DNA from: Patescibacteria group bacterium
Lineage (GTDB): Bacteria; Patescibacteriota; Minisyncoccia; RBG-13-40-8-A
Length of the DNA stretch: 48,418 bases
Assembly: GCA_049322295.1 (NCBI GenBank)
Contig: JBMORO010000052.1
Coordinates: 1 to 48,418 of the forward strand
Direction of reading: 5' to 3'
Both the position numbers and the translations under genes were made by a program. Below the pieces are notes generated by a model that was not told the origin of the DNA, made no database searches, and saw nothing but the letters and a program-made list of their open reading frames with translations. Position 1 is the first letter of the stretch. Each line of letters starts with the position of its first letter. Positions 16,687-27,142 of the stretch are shown in pieces.

Positions 16687-17832
16687 ATGAAAAAGCCAAA
16701 CAAATATCTAATTTTTGCTTTAATTTTAGCTATAATAAATTTAATTGCTGTTTTTCTAATTTTTGGTGTCTTAATAGAAAAAGAAAGTAGGGCGCTTATC
16801 CGAGCTGCCCATTGGATGATGGGTAGGTTAGAAGATCCTCTGGTGAGTGTATGGATTTCGATCTTTAGACCGCTGGCGCCCTTGCTATCTTTACCATTTG
16901 AATTTCTGGGAGAAGGAATGGGTTTGTTAATTCAAAGTATCGTATTCTATTTGCTGGCCATCTATTTTATTTTCAAAATAACTGAAATAGTATATAAAGA
17001 CCAATTACAGGCCTTATTCGCTTCTATTTTTTATGCCTTTGCTATACCTGCTCTTAACTATTCTTTAGCTTTCAAGGCAACAAATTTCGGCTCCTGGTTT
17101 TTTTGTATTTTTTCAATCTACTTAACTTTGCTTTATTTTAAAAAACGGCACGAAAAATTATTAATTTTTAATGGGCTAATTTCTGGTCTAGGATTCCTAA
17201 TGAAAGAAAATGGAGGATTGGGTATTTTATTCTTCATAGCAATGGTTTTACTTTCTAAAGAGTTTGGCTTGAAAGAAAAAGTTCTAAAAATAATTAAATT
17301 CAGTGCATTTTTTATAACACCCATTATTTTGTGGGAAATAACTGTCCTTGTCCTTACTCCATTTTCTCATTTAGATGTTTTCTCTCATGTATGGAGAACT
17401 TATATTATAGAAGAAGGACCAATAAAAACCCTTAGTGCCTTGACCCATCTTTTAGCTTTGTTTGCTACTTTCGGACTGCTCGGTTGGTTAGTGGTACTCT
17501 GGGGGGCTTTAAAAGAATGGCAGAATAAAAATAAGGAAAGAATGAAAATATTATTGGCTTTGGTTCCTTTTTCTTCAGTTAGTCTAATTTGGCCTTTTCC
17601 AGATACACGGCATGCCTTTATTGTTGGAACATTGGGCGCTCTTTTAGCAAGCTACGGCCTAATTAATTTAAAAAATATATTCAAAAACAAAAAAATTGGT
17701 CTTCTTTTGATAATAGTTATTCTCTCTCTATATATTGTCTTTAACTATCTATCCTATTACTTCGACGATACCCTACCTTTCATTGATTTCGAAAACATTC
17801 TTAATTTTCTAAAGGTACAGGAATTCTATTAA
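16687..17832 (+). CDS. Polytopic membrane protein, possible GT-C-fold glycosyltransferase
   Basis: It has about 10 hydrophobic helices across 381 aa and no soluble domain. The assignment rests only on topology and neighbourhood. Confidence 0.35.
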   Translation: MKKPNKYLIFALILAIINLIAVFLIFGVLIEKESRALIRAAHWMMGRLEDPLVSVWISIFRPLAPLLSLPFEFLGEGMGLLIQSIVFYLLAIYFIFKITEIVYKDQLQALFASIFYAFAIPALNYSLAFKATNFGSWFFCIFSIYLTLLYFKKRHEKLLIFNGLISGLGFLMKENGGLGILFFIAMVLLSKEFGLKEKVLKIIKFSAFFITPIILWEITVLVLTPFSHLDVFSHVWRTYIIEEGPIKTLSALTHLLALFATFGLLGWLVVLWGALKEWQNKNKERMKILLALVPFSSVSLIWPFPDTRHAFIVGTLGALLASYGLINLKNIFKNKKIGLLLIIVILSLYIVFNYLSYYFDDTLPFIDFENILNFLKVQEFY

Positions 17833-17850
17833 TAATTTAACAAAATAAAA

Positions 17851-18780
17851 ATGATATCAGATTTTATCCAAAAAATTATTTGTTGTCCGAATTGTCAAAA
17901 AGAACTCTCGGTTAATAAAAAATCTCTAAATTGCTTAAATTGTCAAAGACAGTATCCTCTTATAAACAATATTCCTGTCTTTGAAAATATGGATTTTAAA
18001 AAATGTAAACTTCCTAAGAATTTACCAGCTGAAAATCCTCTTCAATATGCCCCCCACTTTTGGTTATGGAAAAAATATCTTCTTAAATACTTAAATCCCC
18101 AAGCCGAAGATGCTATTTTAGATATTGGTTGCGGCTTGGGGCATTGTTTGGATTTCCTAAGCAAATTTTCTAAAAATTTAGTTGGTTTAGATAACGACTT
18201 ACCCTCTATTCTCTATGCTCAAAAAACAACAAGGGCTAATTATGTTCTGGGTGGGGCGGAAAAAATGCCTTTTAAAGACAATTCTTTTAATAAATTAATA
18301 AGTCTTGTTGTTTTAGAACATCTTCAAGATGACCGGTCTGCTATTAAAGAAATGTGGCGAGTGGGAAAAAATAAAGCCGAGGTCCTAATAATGACACCTA
18401 GCTTAGAAGGACCAAGGATATATTCAAAAACAAGGATGTCGCTGCATCAAAATGGAAGCGCAAAACATTTCCGAGACGGTTATTATCTGAAAGATATTAA
18501 AAGGCTTCTAAATGAAGCTGGAATTAAAATTATAGCGGTTCGCTATACAATGTTTCTTTTTGTTGAACTTTTTACGGAGTTGACCAGAGTTTTTTATTCA
18601 AAAAAACAGAAAGTCTATCAACACCAAACTGATTTATTCAAGGTTACCTCTGGCAAACTTTTTTCTCTGTTTAAAATAATCGCCCCAATTTTGGGAAAGT
18701 TAGCTTTGTTAGAGGATTTTCTATTCTCTCACTCTAAAAAAGGGCATACTTTAGTTGTTAAGGGCAAGATAGAAAAATAA
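17851..18780 (+). CDS. Class I SAM-dependent methyltransferase with an N-terminal Trm112-like zinc ribbon
   Basis: CCPNCQKELS...CLNCQRQYPLINNIPVF is a four-Cys ribbon. Motif I is ILDIGCGLGH. MPFKDNSFNKLISLVVLEHL matches type-11 methyltransferases. Confidence 0.8.
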   Translation: MISDFIQKIICCPNCQKELSVNKKSLNCLNCQRQYPLINNIPVFENMDFKKCKLPKNLPAENPLQYAPHFWLWKKYLLKYLNPQAEDAILDIGCGLGHCLDFLSKFSKNLVGLDNDLPSILYAQKTTRANYVLGGAEKMPFKDNSFNKLISLVVLEHLQDDRSAIKEMWRVGKNKAEVLIMTPSLEGPRIYSKTRMSLHQNGSAKHFRDGYYLKDIKRLLNEAGIKIIAVRYTMFLFVELFTELTRVFYSKKQKVYQHQTDLFKVTSGKLFSLFKIIAPILGKLALLEDFLFSHSKKGHTLVVKGKIEK

Positions 18781-18799
18781 TGCCCTAACCATATCCTCT

Positions 18800-20518
18800 T
18801 TATCTTATCAGATTCATAAAAAAGCTTTTGCTCTCTGAAACTTGCTCTAACTCAATTTTTATTGAACTCGAAGCAATATTAATTACCGGTGTCTGTTTTA
18901 TAATTTCTTTAGATAACTGGTCTGGATATCCTAAAATATATCTTACCTTAAAAGCTTCAAAAGCATTTTTTATTTCCCCTTCCTTTAATAATCTTTCCAG
19001 CGTCGGAGCTCGAAAAATTACAAATGATTTATCGGTCAAATAATTTAAGGTATTAATCTGATTTGAAAAATCAGACGGTATAGCAATTACATCCGCGTCG
19101 CTAATTTCAAGTTCTTTAATCTCTCGAGCATAAACCATGCTTCTGGGCACAAAATCTTTATCATATTCTTTGCCCAATACTACATGATTTACTAAAATCA
19201 AATGATAAAGAACCAGAGCAGTTATTAATACCCCGAACAACGTTAAAATTTTCCCTTCTAATTTAAAATGTTCTTTTATAATATAAATTAAATAGAATAA
19301 ACCCAGAGCAGTTAACAATGATAGGAGCCAAATAAAATCCATTAGGTGATTACGACTAGCCAGAATAATAAAAGCAAATACAAGAAAAGAAATAGCCAAC
19401 CAATAAAGAGCTAATTTGTATAAAAATTTATATTTATTTCTTAAATAAACCATCCCCAAAATCAACAACATAGCAATAAAGGGTCCGCCAATGTCCTCTA
19501 AGGAAAAAAATCTAAAAAAATGTTGGGACAGAATATAGATACCAACTCTAAACCGATCGATAATGCCTGGTTTATCAAAACCAAAATTAGTTAAAACCTT
19601 TTTTGTCTCTAAATTTTCTGACCAACCCAAATCTTCTTCCCTAAATTTTTCTAAAAATTCTTCTTTCTCAAAATAGTAAGTATAAGGGTCTGGAAAAACG
19701 TGCAAATAGACCGAAAAAATTGATTCTTCTTTGGCTTGACTATTGGATAAAGATATGTATCTATTCTGACCGCTTATCACTGATGGCAACCAAAAAATTA
19801 TAATCAATATAATAAAGGGAATAAAAACGTACATCAGTTGCTGTTTAAGTTTTCTAACTAACAAAAAGATAAAAAAAGCTAAAGCGAATATAAAACTAAC
19901 CTCTTTAGATAAACCCGACAAAGCTAAAAAGATTCCAGAGATAATAAAAAAAAGATTATTAAATTTATTTTTAGATTGTTCGGTTCTCTTAACTCCTAAA
20001 AAGTAGAAGACAAAAAACAGAGCCCAAAAAATTAAACAAAATTCATAACTTCCTAAATAGCGGGGTAAACCCCAACCAACGGGCGAAAAAATATATATTA
20101 AAGAGAAGACAATCGCTATCTTAAAATTAAATAAATATAAAGTTAAAATTGTAAAAAGAACCAAAATTAAGGCATATAAAATAACTGAAAATAAGATTAA
20201 ATTATTATAATCTGGAAGGCCAATAATTTTAAAAATTTGAGCATAAAAAAACGAACCAAGATATTCGGACATTACCAAGGGATGACCCTCTTTTCTAATT
20301 AAACTCGGGGCAAGAGTTATATTTAAATTATTTTCGTTAGCTAAAACGCCCGTCTTGGCATAATTTTTAGCTAAAATCATTTCTTTGGAAATAGTCTGAG
20401 TTGGATAACCCTTAAAAATAATCGGAGAATACCAAACAATGATAGCGAGAAAAAATATTGCTAAAAGAGAAATTGCAATTAAAATTTTTTTCTTTAGATG
20501 AGAAATAATTTTAACCAT
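18800..20518 (-). CDS. Large polytopic membrane protein with a C-terminal soluble domain, possible GT-C (ArnT/PMT-like) glycosyltransferase
   Basis: At least 12 hydrophobic helices are followed by a ~110-aa hydrophilic tail. The first loop, SKEMILAKNYAKTG, loosely resembles the acidic loop-1 motif of GT-C enzymes. The track start at 20560 is a TTG. I prefer the ATG at 20518 (MVKIISHLKKK). Confidence 0.4.
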   Translation of the reverse strand: MVKIISHLKKKILIAISLLAIFFLAIIVWYSPIIFKGYPTQTISKEMILAKNYAKTGVLANENNLNITLAPSLIRKEGHPLVMSEYLGSFFYAQIFKIIGLPDYNNLILFSVILYALILVLFTILTLYLFNFKIAIVFSLIYIFSPVGWGLPRYLGSYEFCLIFWALFFVFYFLGVKRTEQSKNKFNNLFFIISGIFLALSGLSKEVSFIFALAFFIFLLVRKLKQQLMYVFIPFIILIIIFWLPSVISGQNRYISLSNSQAKEESIFSVYLHVFPDPYTYYFEKEEFLEKFREEDLGWSENLETKKVLTNFGFDKPGIIDRFRVGIYILSQHFFRFFSLEDIGGPFIAMLLILGMVYLRNKYKFLYKLALYWLAISFLVFAFIILASRNHLMDFIWLLSLLTALGLFYLIYIIKEHFKLEGKILTLFGVLITALVLYHLILVNHVVLGKEYDKDFVPRSMVYAREIKELEISDADVIAIPSDFSNQINTLNYLTDKSFVIFRAPTLERLLKEGEIKNAFEAFKVRYILGYPDQLSKEIIKQTPVINIASSSIKIELEQVSESKSFFMNLIR

Positions 20519-21767
20519 GGAGCAAAAATTAAAATCAATAATTTCTAAAATCCTTATCAAATCTCAGAAATTCACTGGGACTGATATTGTCTACATTGCT
20601 ACCCAGGGTTCTTATCTTACTATCGGTAATATTATTAGCTTTGCCGCCTCATTTTTATTGGCAATGGTTTTTGCCCGACTTTTGCCAAAAGAAACCTACG
20701 GAGAATATCGCTATATTCTTTCAATAATGACAATGATTGGAATCTTTGCTTTGCCGGGAATGGACGATGCTCTTCTCCAGGCTGTAGCTAAAAGATTTGA
20801 GGGCTGCTTTAAAAAAGCTTTTAAAGAAAAAATTAGATGGGGGATTTTAGGAAGCTTAACCTGTCTAATTATCGCTGGTTATTTCTTTTTTAAAAATAAT
20901 CTTGATTTAACAGTTTCTTTTGTAATTGCTGGTGTTTTCTTCCCTCTAATGGAGGCGACGGGAATCTATCTTTCTTATCTGGGCGGCAAAAAACTTTTTG
21001 GAATTCAGACTAAATATACGGTTCTAACCCAAATAATATCCGCTTTTGCTATTATTATAACATTAATTTTCACAAAAAACCTTATTGGGCTTGTTTTAAT
21101 ATATTTTTTCTCTAATACTTTCTTAAGAAGTATTTTTCTTTTATATAATTTAAAAAGACTTCCGCCCAACAAAAAAGAAAAAGAAAAATTCATCAATTTT
21201 GGCAAACACTTAAGTTTTTTAAGGATAGTCCATACAATTGCCGCCCAGATAGATCGATTACTGCTTTTTCATTTTTTGGGAGCTGTCCAGGTGGCTATCT
21301 ACAGCTTTGCCACTCTGCCTGTTTCCGAGGCAAATATATTTCTAAAAAATATCCGTCTTTTGGCCTTGCCAAAGCTTGCTACCAGATCTATGGAAGAAAT
21401 TAAAAAAAACCTCCTAAAAAAAGTTGCGAAAGCCACTATTTTAATTGCTCCCCTGGTTCTGCTTTATATTATTATTGCGCCTTATTTTTATAAAATATTT
21501 TTCCCCCAATATACGGAATCAGTTTTCTTTTCACAACTGCTCTTTTTAACAATACTTACTTTTCCAGCTTCCCTTATTGCCCTCTCTTTTCAAGCTCAAA
21601 TGGCAAAGAAAGAGCTTTATCAATTTAGTATAATTTCTCCTCTTATATCTATAATTCTTCTCGTTATTTTAACTCCTATTTATGGAATAATTGGCGCTAT
21701 AATAGCTCAATTAATTGCTCATCTCTTTACCGTATGCTTTTCCATGTTCTTATTTAGAAAAATTTAA
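20517..21767 (+). CDS. Wzx-like polysaccharide flippase (MOP superfamily)
   Basis: The protein is 416 aa with about 12 TM helices. Its N-terminal layout (GSYLTIGNIISFAASFLLAMVFARLLPKETYGEY) is typical of polysaccharide biosynthesis/Wzx proteins. Confidence 0.65.
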   Translation: MEQKLKSIISKILIKSQKFTGTDIVYIATQGSYLTIGNIISFAASFLLAMVFARLLPKETYGEYRYILSIMTMIGIFALPGMDDALLQAVAKRFEGCFKKAFKEKIRWGILGSLTCLIIAGYFFFKNNLDLTVSFVIAGVFFPLMEATGIYLSYLGGKKLFGIQTKYTVLTQIISAFAIIITLIFTKNLIGLVLIYFFSNTFLRSIFLLYNLKRLPPNKKEKEKFINFGKHLSFLRIVHTIAAQIDRLLLFHFLGAVQVAIYSFATLPVSEANIFLKNIRLLALPKLATRSMEEIKKNLLKKVAKATILIAPLVLLYIIIAPYFYKIFFPQYTESVFFSQLLFLTILTFPASLIALSFQAQMAKKELYQFSIISPLISIILLVILTPIYGIIGAIIAQLIAHLFTVCFSMFLFRKI

Positions 21768-23211
21768 TCTTTAAAATAAAATTAATAATATATTTTTCCG
21801 GCAACCAAGGAAAATAATGATTTTTCCATCTCCAATCCACCAATTTACCAAAAATTTTGGCTAACTGAAAGAAAATTCCTTTCCCTTTAGTCCCACCCAT
21901 TTGTAAATAATCAATCAAAAAAGCAACGTTTCTAATAATTCTTTTTTGTTTCTTGCTAATCCAGGGCGTTTTAAAAGTTTCAAAGCTAAAATCAGCCCAT
22001 TGTTCAAGAGATTTTGGGGGGATGAAGCCATGCTTTAAGCTCTCGGTATAAAGCTCGGTGCCTGGAAAGGGAGTGGTAATTCGCCAGGCGGGAATTCTGA
22101 TTTGGGGATTTATTTGCTTCATCTTATAAATCAAATCAGTAGTCTCATATAAATCATCAATTGTTTCGGTGGGAAAACCGGCCATAAAATAATATTTTGA
22201 ATTTATGCCGGCTTTTTTTAATTTTCTAATTGTTTCAAAAACCTGTTCAATGGTAATATCTTTACGCATTAAATCTAAAATCTTTTCAGACCCTGACTCT
22301 ACTCCAAAAGCCAAAGTCTTAAACCCTGCTCGATAAAGAAGTTTTAAATAATTATCATCCATATTATTGGCCACATAGTTAACTCGACAATTTGTAAAAA
22401 TCTCTATATTAAGGCCTTCCTTCAAAATCAATTCGCAGATCTTCCCTACCCTCTTAATATCGACAAAAAACTCATCATCTTCTATATTAAAGGAAGTAAC
22501 CCGATAATCCTCAATTAGCTTCTTCATATCTTCAACAACTCTTTCAGCTGATTTTCCTCGCCACCTTCGTTTATTAAACTCCTTATTATAACAAAAACCG
22601 CAACGATGAGGACACCCCCGACTGGTATAAAGAGCAATATCGCGAGCTGGTTTACCTGTAGCAAAAGATTTCTTTTCAATATAGTTTTCAATATTTATTA
22701 GATGATAAGGAATCTCCGGTAATTTATCCAAATCAATAAAGTCTCTCGGCGGATTAATAAAAATTTTATTATTTTTTTTGTAACCAAGTCCTTTAATGTT
22801 CTCTGAAGAACCTTTGGAGCTGAGAGCTCTCACTAATTCTAAAAAAGTTTCCTCCCCTTCACCAATAACCACAAAATCAATGTATTTATTCTCCATGGTC
22901 TGATGAGGCATTAAGCTTGAATGAACACCTCCCCAAATAACCGGGATGTCACTGTTTTCTTTTACTAGCTTAGACACTTTTATGCCGTTTAAAATTTGCT
23001 TACCTGTAAGGGCCGAGATACCCACGGCCAGCGGTTTCTCCTTAATTTCTTCTAATAAATTCTTTTTCCAATCTTTATCAACTCGCTGGTCAATAATCTT
23101 TACTTGATAGCCATTCTGAACCAATGGCGCAGCCACCGATAAAACACTCATCGGCAATAATCTAACATCAGTAGTTTCGTAAGATGGAAAAAAAAGAATA
23201 ATGTCAGTCAT
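21754..23211 (-). CDS. B12-binding-domain radical SAM enzyme (class B), paralog 5
   Basis: WGGVHSSL and VIGEGEETF lie in the N-terminal module. The cluster motif is SRGCPHRCGFC. Confidence 0.8.
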   Translation of the reverse strand: MTDIILFFPSYETTDVRLLPMSVLSVAAPLVQNGYQVKIIDQRVDKDWKKNLLEEIKEKPLAVGISALTGKQILNGIKVSKLVKENSDIPVIWGGVHSSLMPHQTMENKYIDFVVIGEGEETFLELVRALSSKGSSENIKGLGYKKNNKIFINPPRDFIDLDKLPEIPYHLINIENYIEKKSFATGKPARDIALYTSRGCPHRCGFCYNKEFNKRRWRGKSAERVVEDMKKLIEDYRVTSFNIEDDEFFVDIKRVGKICELILKEGLNIEIFTNCRVNYVANNMDDNYLKLLYRAGFKTLAFGVESGSEKILDLMRKDITIEQVFETIRKLKKAGINSKYYFMAGFPTETIDDLYETTDLIYKMKQINPQIRIPAWRITTPFPGTELYTESLKHGFIPPKSLEQWADFSFETFKTPWISKKQKRIIRNVAFLIDYLQMGGTKGKGIFFQLAKIFGKLVDWRWKNHYFPWLPEKYIINFILKIKFF

Positions 23212-24452
23212 AAATATTTCTTATACCATCTTAATGTTTCATCGACTTGCCTGTTGAGTGAAAATTTTTCTTTAACGCGCTCGTACCCTGCTTCTCCAAA
23301 TCTTCTTGCCTTTCCTGGATTTTTTAATAAATCTATGATTTTTTCAGCCATTAATTTAATATTATTCGGATTGACTATATAACCAGTTTGGGTATTTGTC
23401 CCGCCATAGGCGGGATCTAATACAATCTCTGGCGTACCCCCAAAACAAGTGCCGACCACCGGCCTTTTAGACGCCCCCGCCTCAATATTAAATAAATTGA
23501 AGGGATCTAAATAGATTGAGGGGGTTACACAAACATCGCAAGCAAAAAAAGCGCATTTCATTACTTCGCGATCAAGCCATCCAGTAAATTTAATGTTATT
23601 AGTTATCTCAAGCTCCTGAGCTAATTCAAGTAGTTTTTGGGCATACCAATCTTCTTTACCCGCCACCAATAAAACAGCATCTTTTATTGTCTTTGTTACC
23701 CAAACCATTGCCCTTAAAATAACTTCGCCTCCTTTTGCGTTACTAAGTCGACCACCGAATAAAATTATTTTTTTATTTTGGAGATTGTATCTTTCTTTAA
23801 ATTCTTTAACCTTTCTAGGCTCCATTTTCCAATTATCAATATCAATTCCATTATAAGCTGTCTCTACATTTTTAAGGCCATTAATTTCTAAAAGTTTTTT
23901 AAGGGAATTACTGACGGCGAATACCTTATCCACATATTTCAAATAACACCTGATAATTACATTACGAAAGGGATTATATCTTTTTCTGGCTTCTTTAATC
24001 TGATCCCAAATACTAATTTTATAAAAACAATTTCCATCTCTAGGCATTAGTTTCCCATAATGAATTAACATTACATCATGAGCGGTTAGAAAAATAGCTT
24101 TAGCATATTTTCTGGCTATTTTCAGACAATGATAAGAAAGATAATGATGAATATTATGAGCATGAACTATATCGGGTTTTGTTTCCTTAATAATTTCTTT
24201 AACTTTTGAAACTGTCTGAGGATTATATAAGCTTAACCAGGCCTGCCAACGAGGGTGATAATTAGAATAAATTCTAAAAACTTTCAAGCCGCCTAAATTA
24301 GACTTACCTTCACCTAATTTACTTTGAGCAGTGGTAATAATAAAAATATTATGACCCTTACCTTTCAGTCCTTTTGCCAAATTATAAGCCACAACTCCAG
24401 AACCCCCCTCACTAAAAGGTAGAAACTCTCCAGATAAAAATAAAATATTCAT
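23208..24452 (-). CDS. GT4 glycosyltransferase
   Basis: MNILFLSGEFLPFSEGGSGVVAYNLAKGLKGKGHNIFIIT forms the N-terminal domain. FNIEAGASKRPVVGTCFGGTPEIV forms the C-terminal domain. The track start at 24488 is a GTG, and I prefer the ATG at 24452. Confidence 0.85.
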   Translation of the reverse strand: MNILFLSGEFLPFSEGGSGVVAYNLAKGLKGKGHNIFIITTAQSKLGEGKSNLGGLKVFRIYSNYHPRWQAWLSLYNPQTVSKVKEIIKETKPDIVHAHNIHHYLSYHCLKIARKYAKAIFLTAHDVMLIHYGKLMPRDGNCFYKISIWDQIKEARKRYNPFRNVIIRCYLKYVDKVFAVSNSLKKLLEINGLKNVETAYNGIDIDNWKMEPRKVKEFKERYNLQNKKIILFGGRLSNAKGGEVILRAMVWVTKTIKDAVLLVAGKEDWYAQKLLELAQELEITNNIKFTGWLDREVMKCAFFACDVCVTPSIYLDPFNLFNIEAGASKRPVVGTCFGGTPEIVLDPAYGGTNTQTGYIVNPNNIKLMAEKIIDLLKNPGKARRFGEAGYERVKEKFSLNRQVDETLRWYKKYL

Positions 24453-24463
24453 ATTATCAAAAT

Positions 24464-25108
24464 TTATTTTTGTAAAATCAAGCACCACCCCAGCGTATGT
24501 TTTTGATTTGCTTTACTATCGTCTATTTTATCTAAGTAGTTCATAAGTTTACTATATAATTTGAAAACTGGATTTAATAATCTAGACCATTTCTTTTGAT
24601 AAAGATTTAATCTGTCTACCAGGTAACGCATTTTCTGCTGGGCGATTGTAGTAAAAAATCCGCCTCGCTGTTCGCATTTTATTACCTTAAAACCCTGAAC
24701 CGTAAAAATCTTTTTTAACCCAAAATTAGTATACCTAAAAAAATCTTTTGGTTCCTCATGTAATTCACAAGTTTGGGGAGTGGTAATAAGACAATATCCT
24801 CCCCTTTTCAATACTCGATAAATTTCGCCAGCAGCTTTATAAGGGTCTTCTAAGTGTTCAAAAACCTCTGTACATACCACCGAATCAAAACTTTCATTCT
24901 TAAATGGAATATTCTCGGCTCTCCCCACAATGTCGACATTATTCCCTTTCTCTACGTCCATTTTTATATATTCGGAACAATTAAATAACCCTTCGTACCG
25001 GCTAAAACTACCTGCTCCTACATCTAATACCTTTCCCTTTATATAATGGCTATATTTTTTAACTTGTTCTTCTAATAAAACTCTTACTGGCTGATAAATT
25101 ACTGGCAT
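24464..25108 (-). CDS. Class I SAM-dependent methyltransferase
   Basis: Motif I is VLDVGAGS. IPFKNESFDSVVCTEVFEHLEDP is also present. Confidence 0.8.
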   Translation of the reverse strand: MPVIYQPVRVLLEEQVKKYSHYIKGKVLDVGAGSFSRYEGLFNCSEYIKMDVEKGNNVDIVGRAENIPFKNESFDSVVCTEVFEHLEDPYKAAGEIYRVLKRGGYCLITTPQTCELHEEPKDFFRYTNFGLKKIFTVQGFKVIKCEQRGGFFTTIAQQKMRYLVDRLNLYQKKWSRLLNPVFKLYSKLMNYLDKIDDSKANQKHTLGWCLILQK

Positions 25109-25119
25109 ATTTTATCTCT

Positions 25120-27135
25120 TTAATAAATTATTTTATAAATCCTCACAAATTCATCCCCTTCCTTGGCTTGAAAAATAAGTTCTAAATTGTTATTAGCTAA
25201 GCATTTTTCTTCTAAATCACTCGGCCATCTTTCATTAACGTATAAATAATCGTAATTCAAATTTTTAATCCCATAAGCATCGCACTCTTTTCTAATTTTT
25301 CTAAACAAATCGGGCTCAAGAAAAGAAGGCAAATTTCCAGTTTGATAATTATCCCAATGATAAGCATAAATTGGAGCCATCCTTCCGGTATTTAAGACAA
25401 ACCTATGATTAGGAGCAGCCTCCAAATCATCATCCTCTTTTTTTAGGATAAGAAAATAATCATCGAGGGTGGTATTTTCTCTCACCCAATTATAAACCCT
25501 ACCTTCAAAAGATTTAGCTCGCCCAAATATCTTATCAGAGCCATTCCATGTTCCAGGTGGATAACCAATTGATAAAAACAACAACTGAAAAAGTACTGTC
25601 TGAGCTATTAAAACAATAACGATAAAAATTATAATTTTTTTTAACCATCTTTTTTTAACTAATAAATATAAAGCCATCAAAAATAAACCCACGATTAATC
25701 CGCCGAATAAATTAAATGGATAAAAAATCCGCCGCATATCTCCGGGATGAACAAAATTAATAAAAAACGGGATAAGGAAAAATGTAATTGATAACATCCC
25801 CAGCATCAGACCAGGTTGGAAATATCTTTTTAGTATAAAAACTACAGCAGGAATAAATAAAAATAAGAGCAATCCCAATTCTAATAAAAATTTAGAATCA
25901 TAAATCGCAAGCCAATTAACTCCATATTCACCATAATCAGTATTCAATAACCAGGGAGTTTTGTTAATCTTAAAAACTTTATTAATTTGGCTCGTAAAAT
26001 AGTATTCCGTAGCACTCGGGTTCGGATTTGGCATCAAGAGAGTTTTCAAAACCCCTCCCTGGAAAAAAGCAATTGGTAAGGCAATTAATACAATTAAAAA
26101 AGAAATTATTAAAAATCTTTTAGCAGTAAACCAATCTTTTTTTATAAAACCATAGGCAAAAGGATAAATAAATAAAACAAAACAAAATATCGCAAAATAG
26201 GTCTCAGCGCTAAGGGCGAGTAGAGCCAAGAGAATACTATTAAACAGGGCAATTTTTTTACTATATTCGTGTTTAATCGAATAAAGATATAAATAAACAA
26301 TTACAACCATCAAGGGAAAAGCCAAAACACTCCAAGAGGTTTTTAACATATTCTCCAAAACAGGTATAGAAAATACTGATTCAATAGATTGAAGCACAAA
26401 TTTAAAAGGAGCATAAATATCCTGCTGAAGAATATATTTATTGTATAAAATAGAAACTCCATTTATCCCTTTTAAAAAAACCAAACTACCCCCATAAAGC
26501 ATTATCAATGACGAAACAAATGCTTTAAAATTGTCATTACAAAAATTCTTAACCAAAATAAATCCTAATAAAAATAAAATTCCTATAAGAATTGCAATCA
26601 GGAAATTGTAGGCAAGGTATAAAGGTAATCCAGTAATTTTATAAATACTGGCAGTCAGAAGTTCAAAGGCATAATGATAAACTAAGGGGTGTCCTGGTTC
26701 CCAAATCTCTGTAGGGGGAAAGTTCCCTTCAGCCATAGTTGCAGCCGTTGGCATGCTACCAGCTTGCAATATATCGCCTTTCAATGGCATTCGAAAAAAA
26801 ATCAGACCATTACTAATAACCAACAAAATAGTAAAACCAAATAAAATCTTTCTCCATTTTTTATCAGTCCCCCACTCTAAGGCTTTTGATTTATTAAAAT
26901 AAAATAATATTATGCCAATAATAAAAATTAATAATAAAACCAGATAAAAGGTTATTTTTATAGGAATAAAATATCCCAGTATGTTAATTAAAAATAAATA
27001 TAATCCAATACCAAAAATGCCCGAAAGCCCAATTAAATGTTCAATTCTATTCTCTTTTAAAAGATATCTGGCAATTTGCCAGCCAAAAAAGAATAACATT
27101 GAAAAGTAAATTATAGCCAAGAAAAACGATAACAT
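25120..27135 (-). CDS. Large polytopic membrane protein (671 aa) with a C-terminal soluble domain, possible GT-C glycosyltransferase
   Basis: About 14 or more hydrophobic helices are followed by a ~150-aa hydrophilic C-terminus. I recognised no diagnostic motif. Confidence 0.35.
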   Translation of the reverse strand: MLSFFLAIIYFSMLFFFGWQIARYLLKENRIEHLIGLSGIFGIGLYLFLINILGYFIPIKITFYLVLLLIFIIGIILFYFNKSKALEWGTDKKWRKILFGFTILLVISNGLIFFRMPLKGDILQAGSMPTAATMAEGNFPPTEIWEPGHPLVYHYAFELLTASIYKITGLPLYLAYNFLIAILIGILFLLGFILVKNFCNDNFKAFVSSLIMLYGGSLVFLKGINGVSILYNKYILQQDIYAPFKFVLQSIESVFSIPVLENMLKTSWSVLAFPLMVVIVYLYLYSIKHEYSKKIALFNSILLALLALSAETYFAIFCFVLFIYPFAYGFIKKDWFTAKRFLIISFLIVLIALPIAFFQGGVLKTLLMPNPNPSATEYYFTSQINKVFKINKTPWLLNTDYGEYGVNWLAIYDSKFLLELGLLLFLFIPAVVFILKRYFQPGLMLGMLSITFFLIPFFINFVHPGDMRRIFYPFNLFGGLIVGLFLMALYLLVKKRWLKKIIIFIVIVLIAQTVLFQLLFLSIGYPPGTWNGSDKIFGRAKSFEGRVYNWVRENTTLDDYFLILKKEDDDLEAAPNHRFVLNTGRMAPIYAYHWDNYQTGNLPSFLEPDLFRKIRKECDAYGIKNLNYDYLYVNERWPSDLEEKCLANNNLELIFQAKEGDEFVRIYKIIY

Positions 27136-27142
27136 AATTTAT

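Noticed and set aside
15257-21205. Short ORFs at 15257-15457, 15292-15570, 15374-15574, 15689-15919, 15710-15895, 16397-16699, 17133-17324, 18828-19043 and 21005-21205.
   Set aside because: They overlap longer CDSs with recognisable domains or coherent multi-TM topology, and none has a motif or context of its own.
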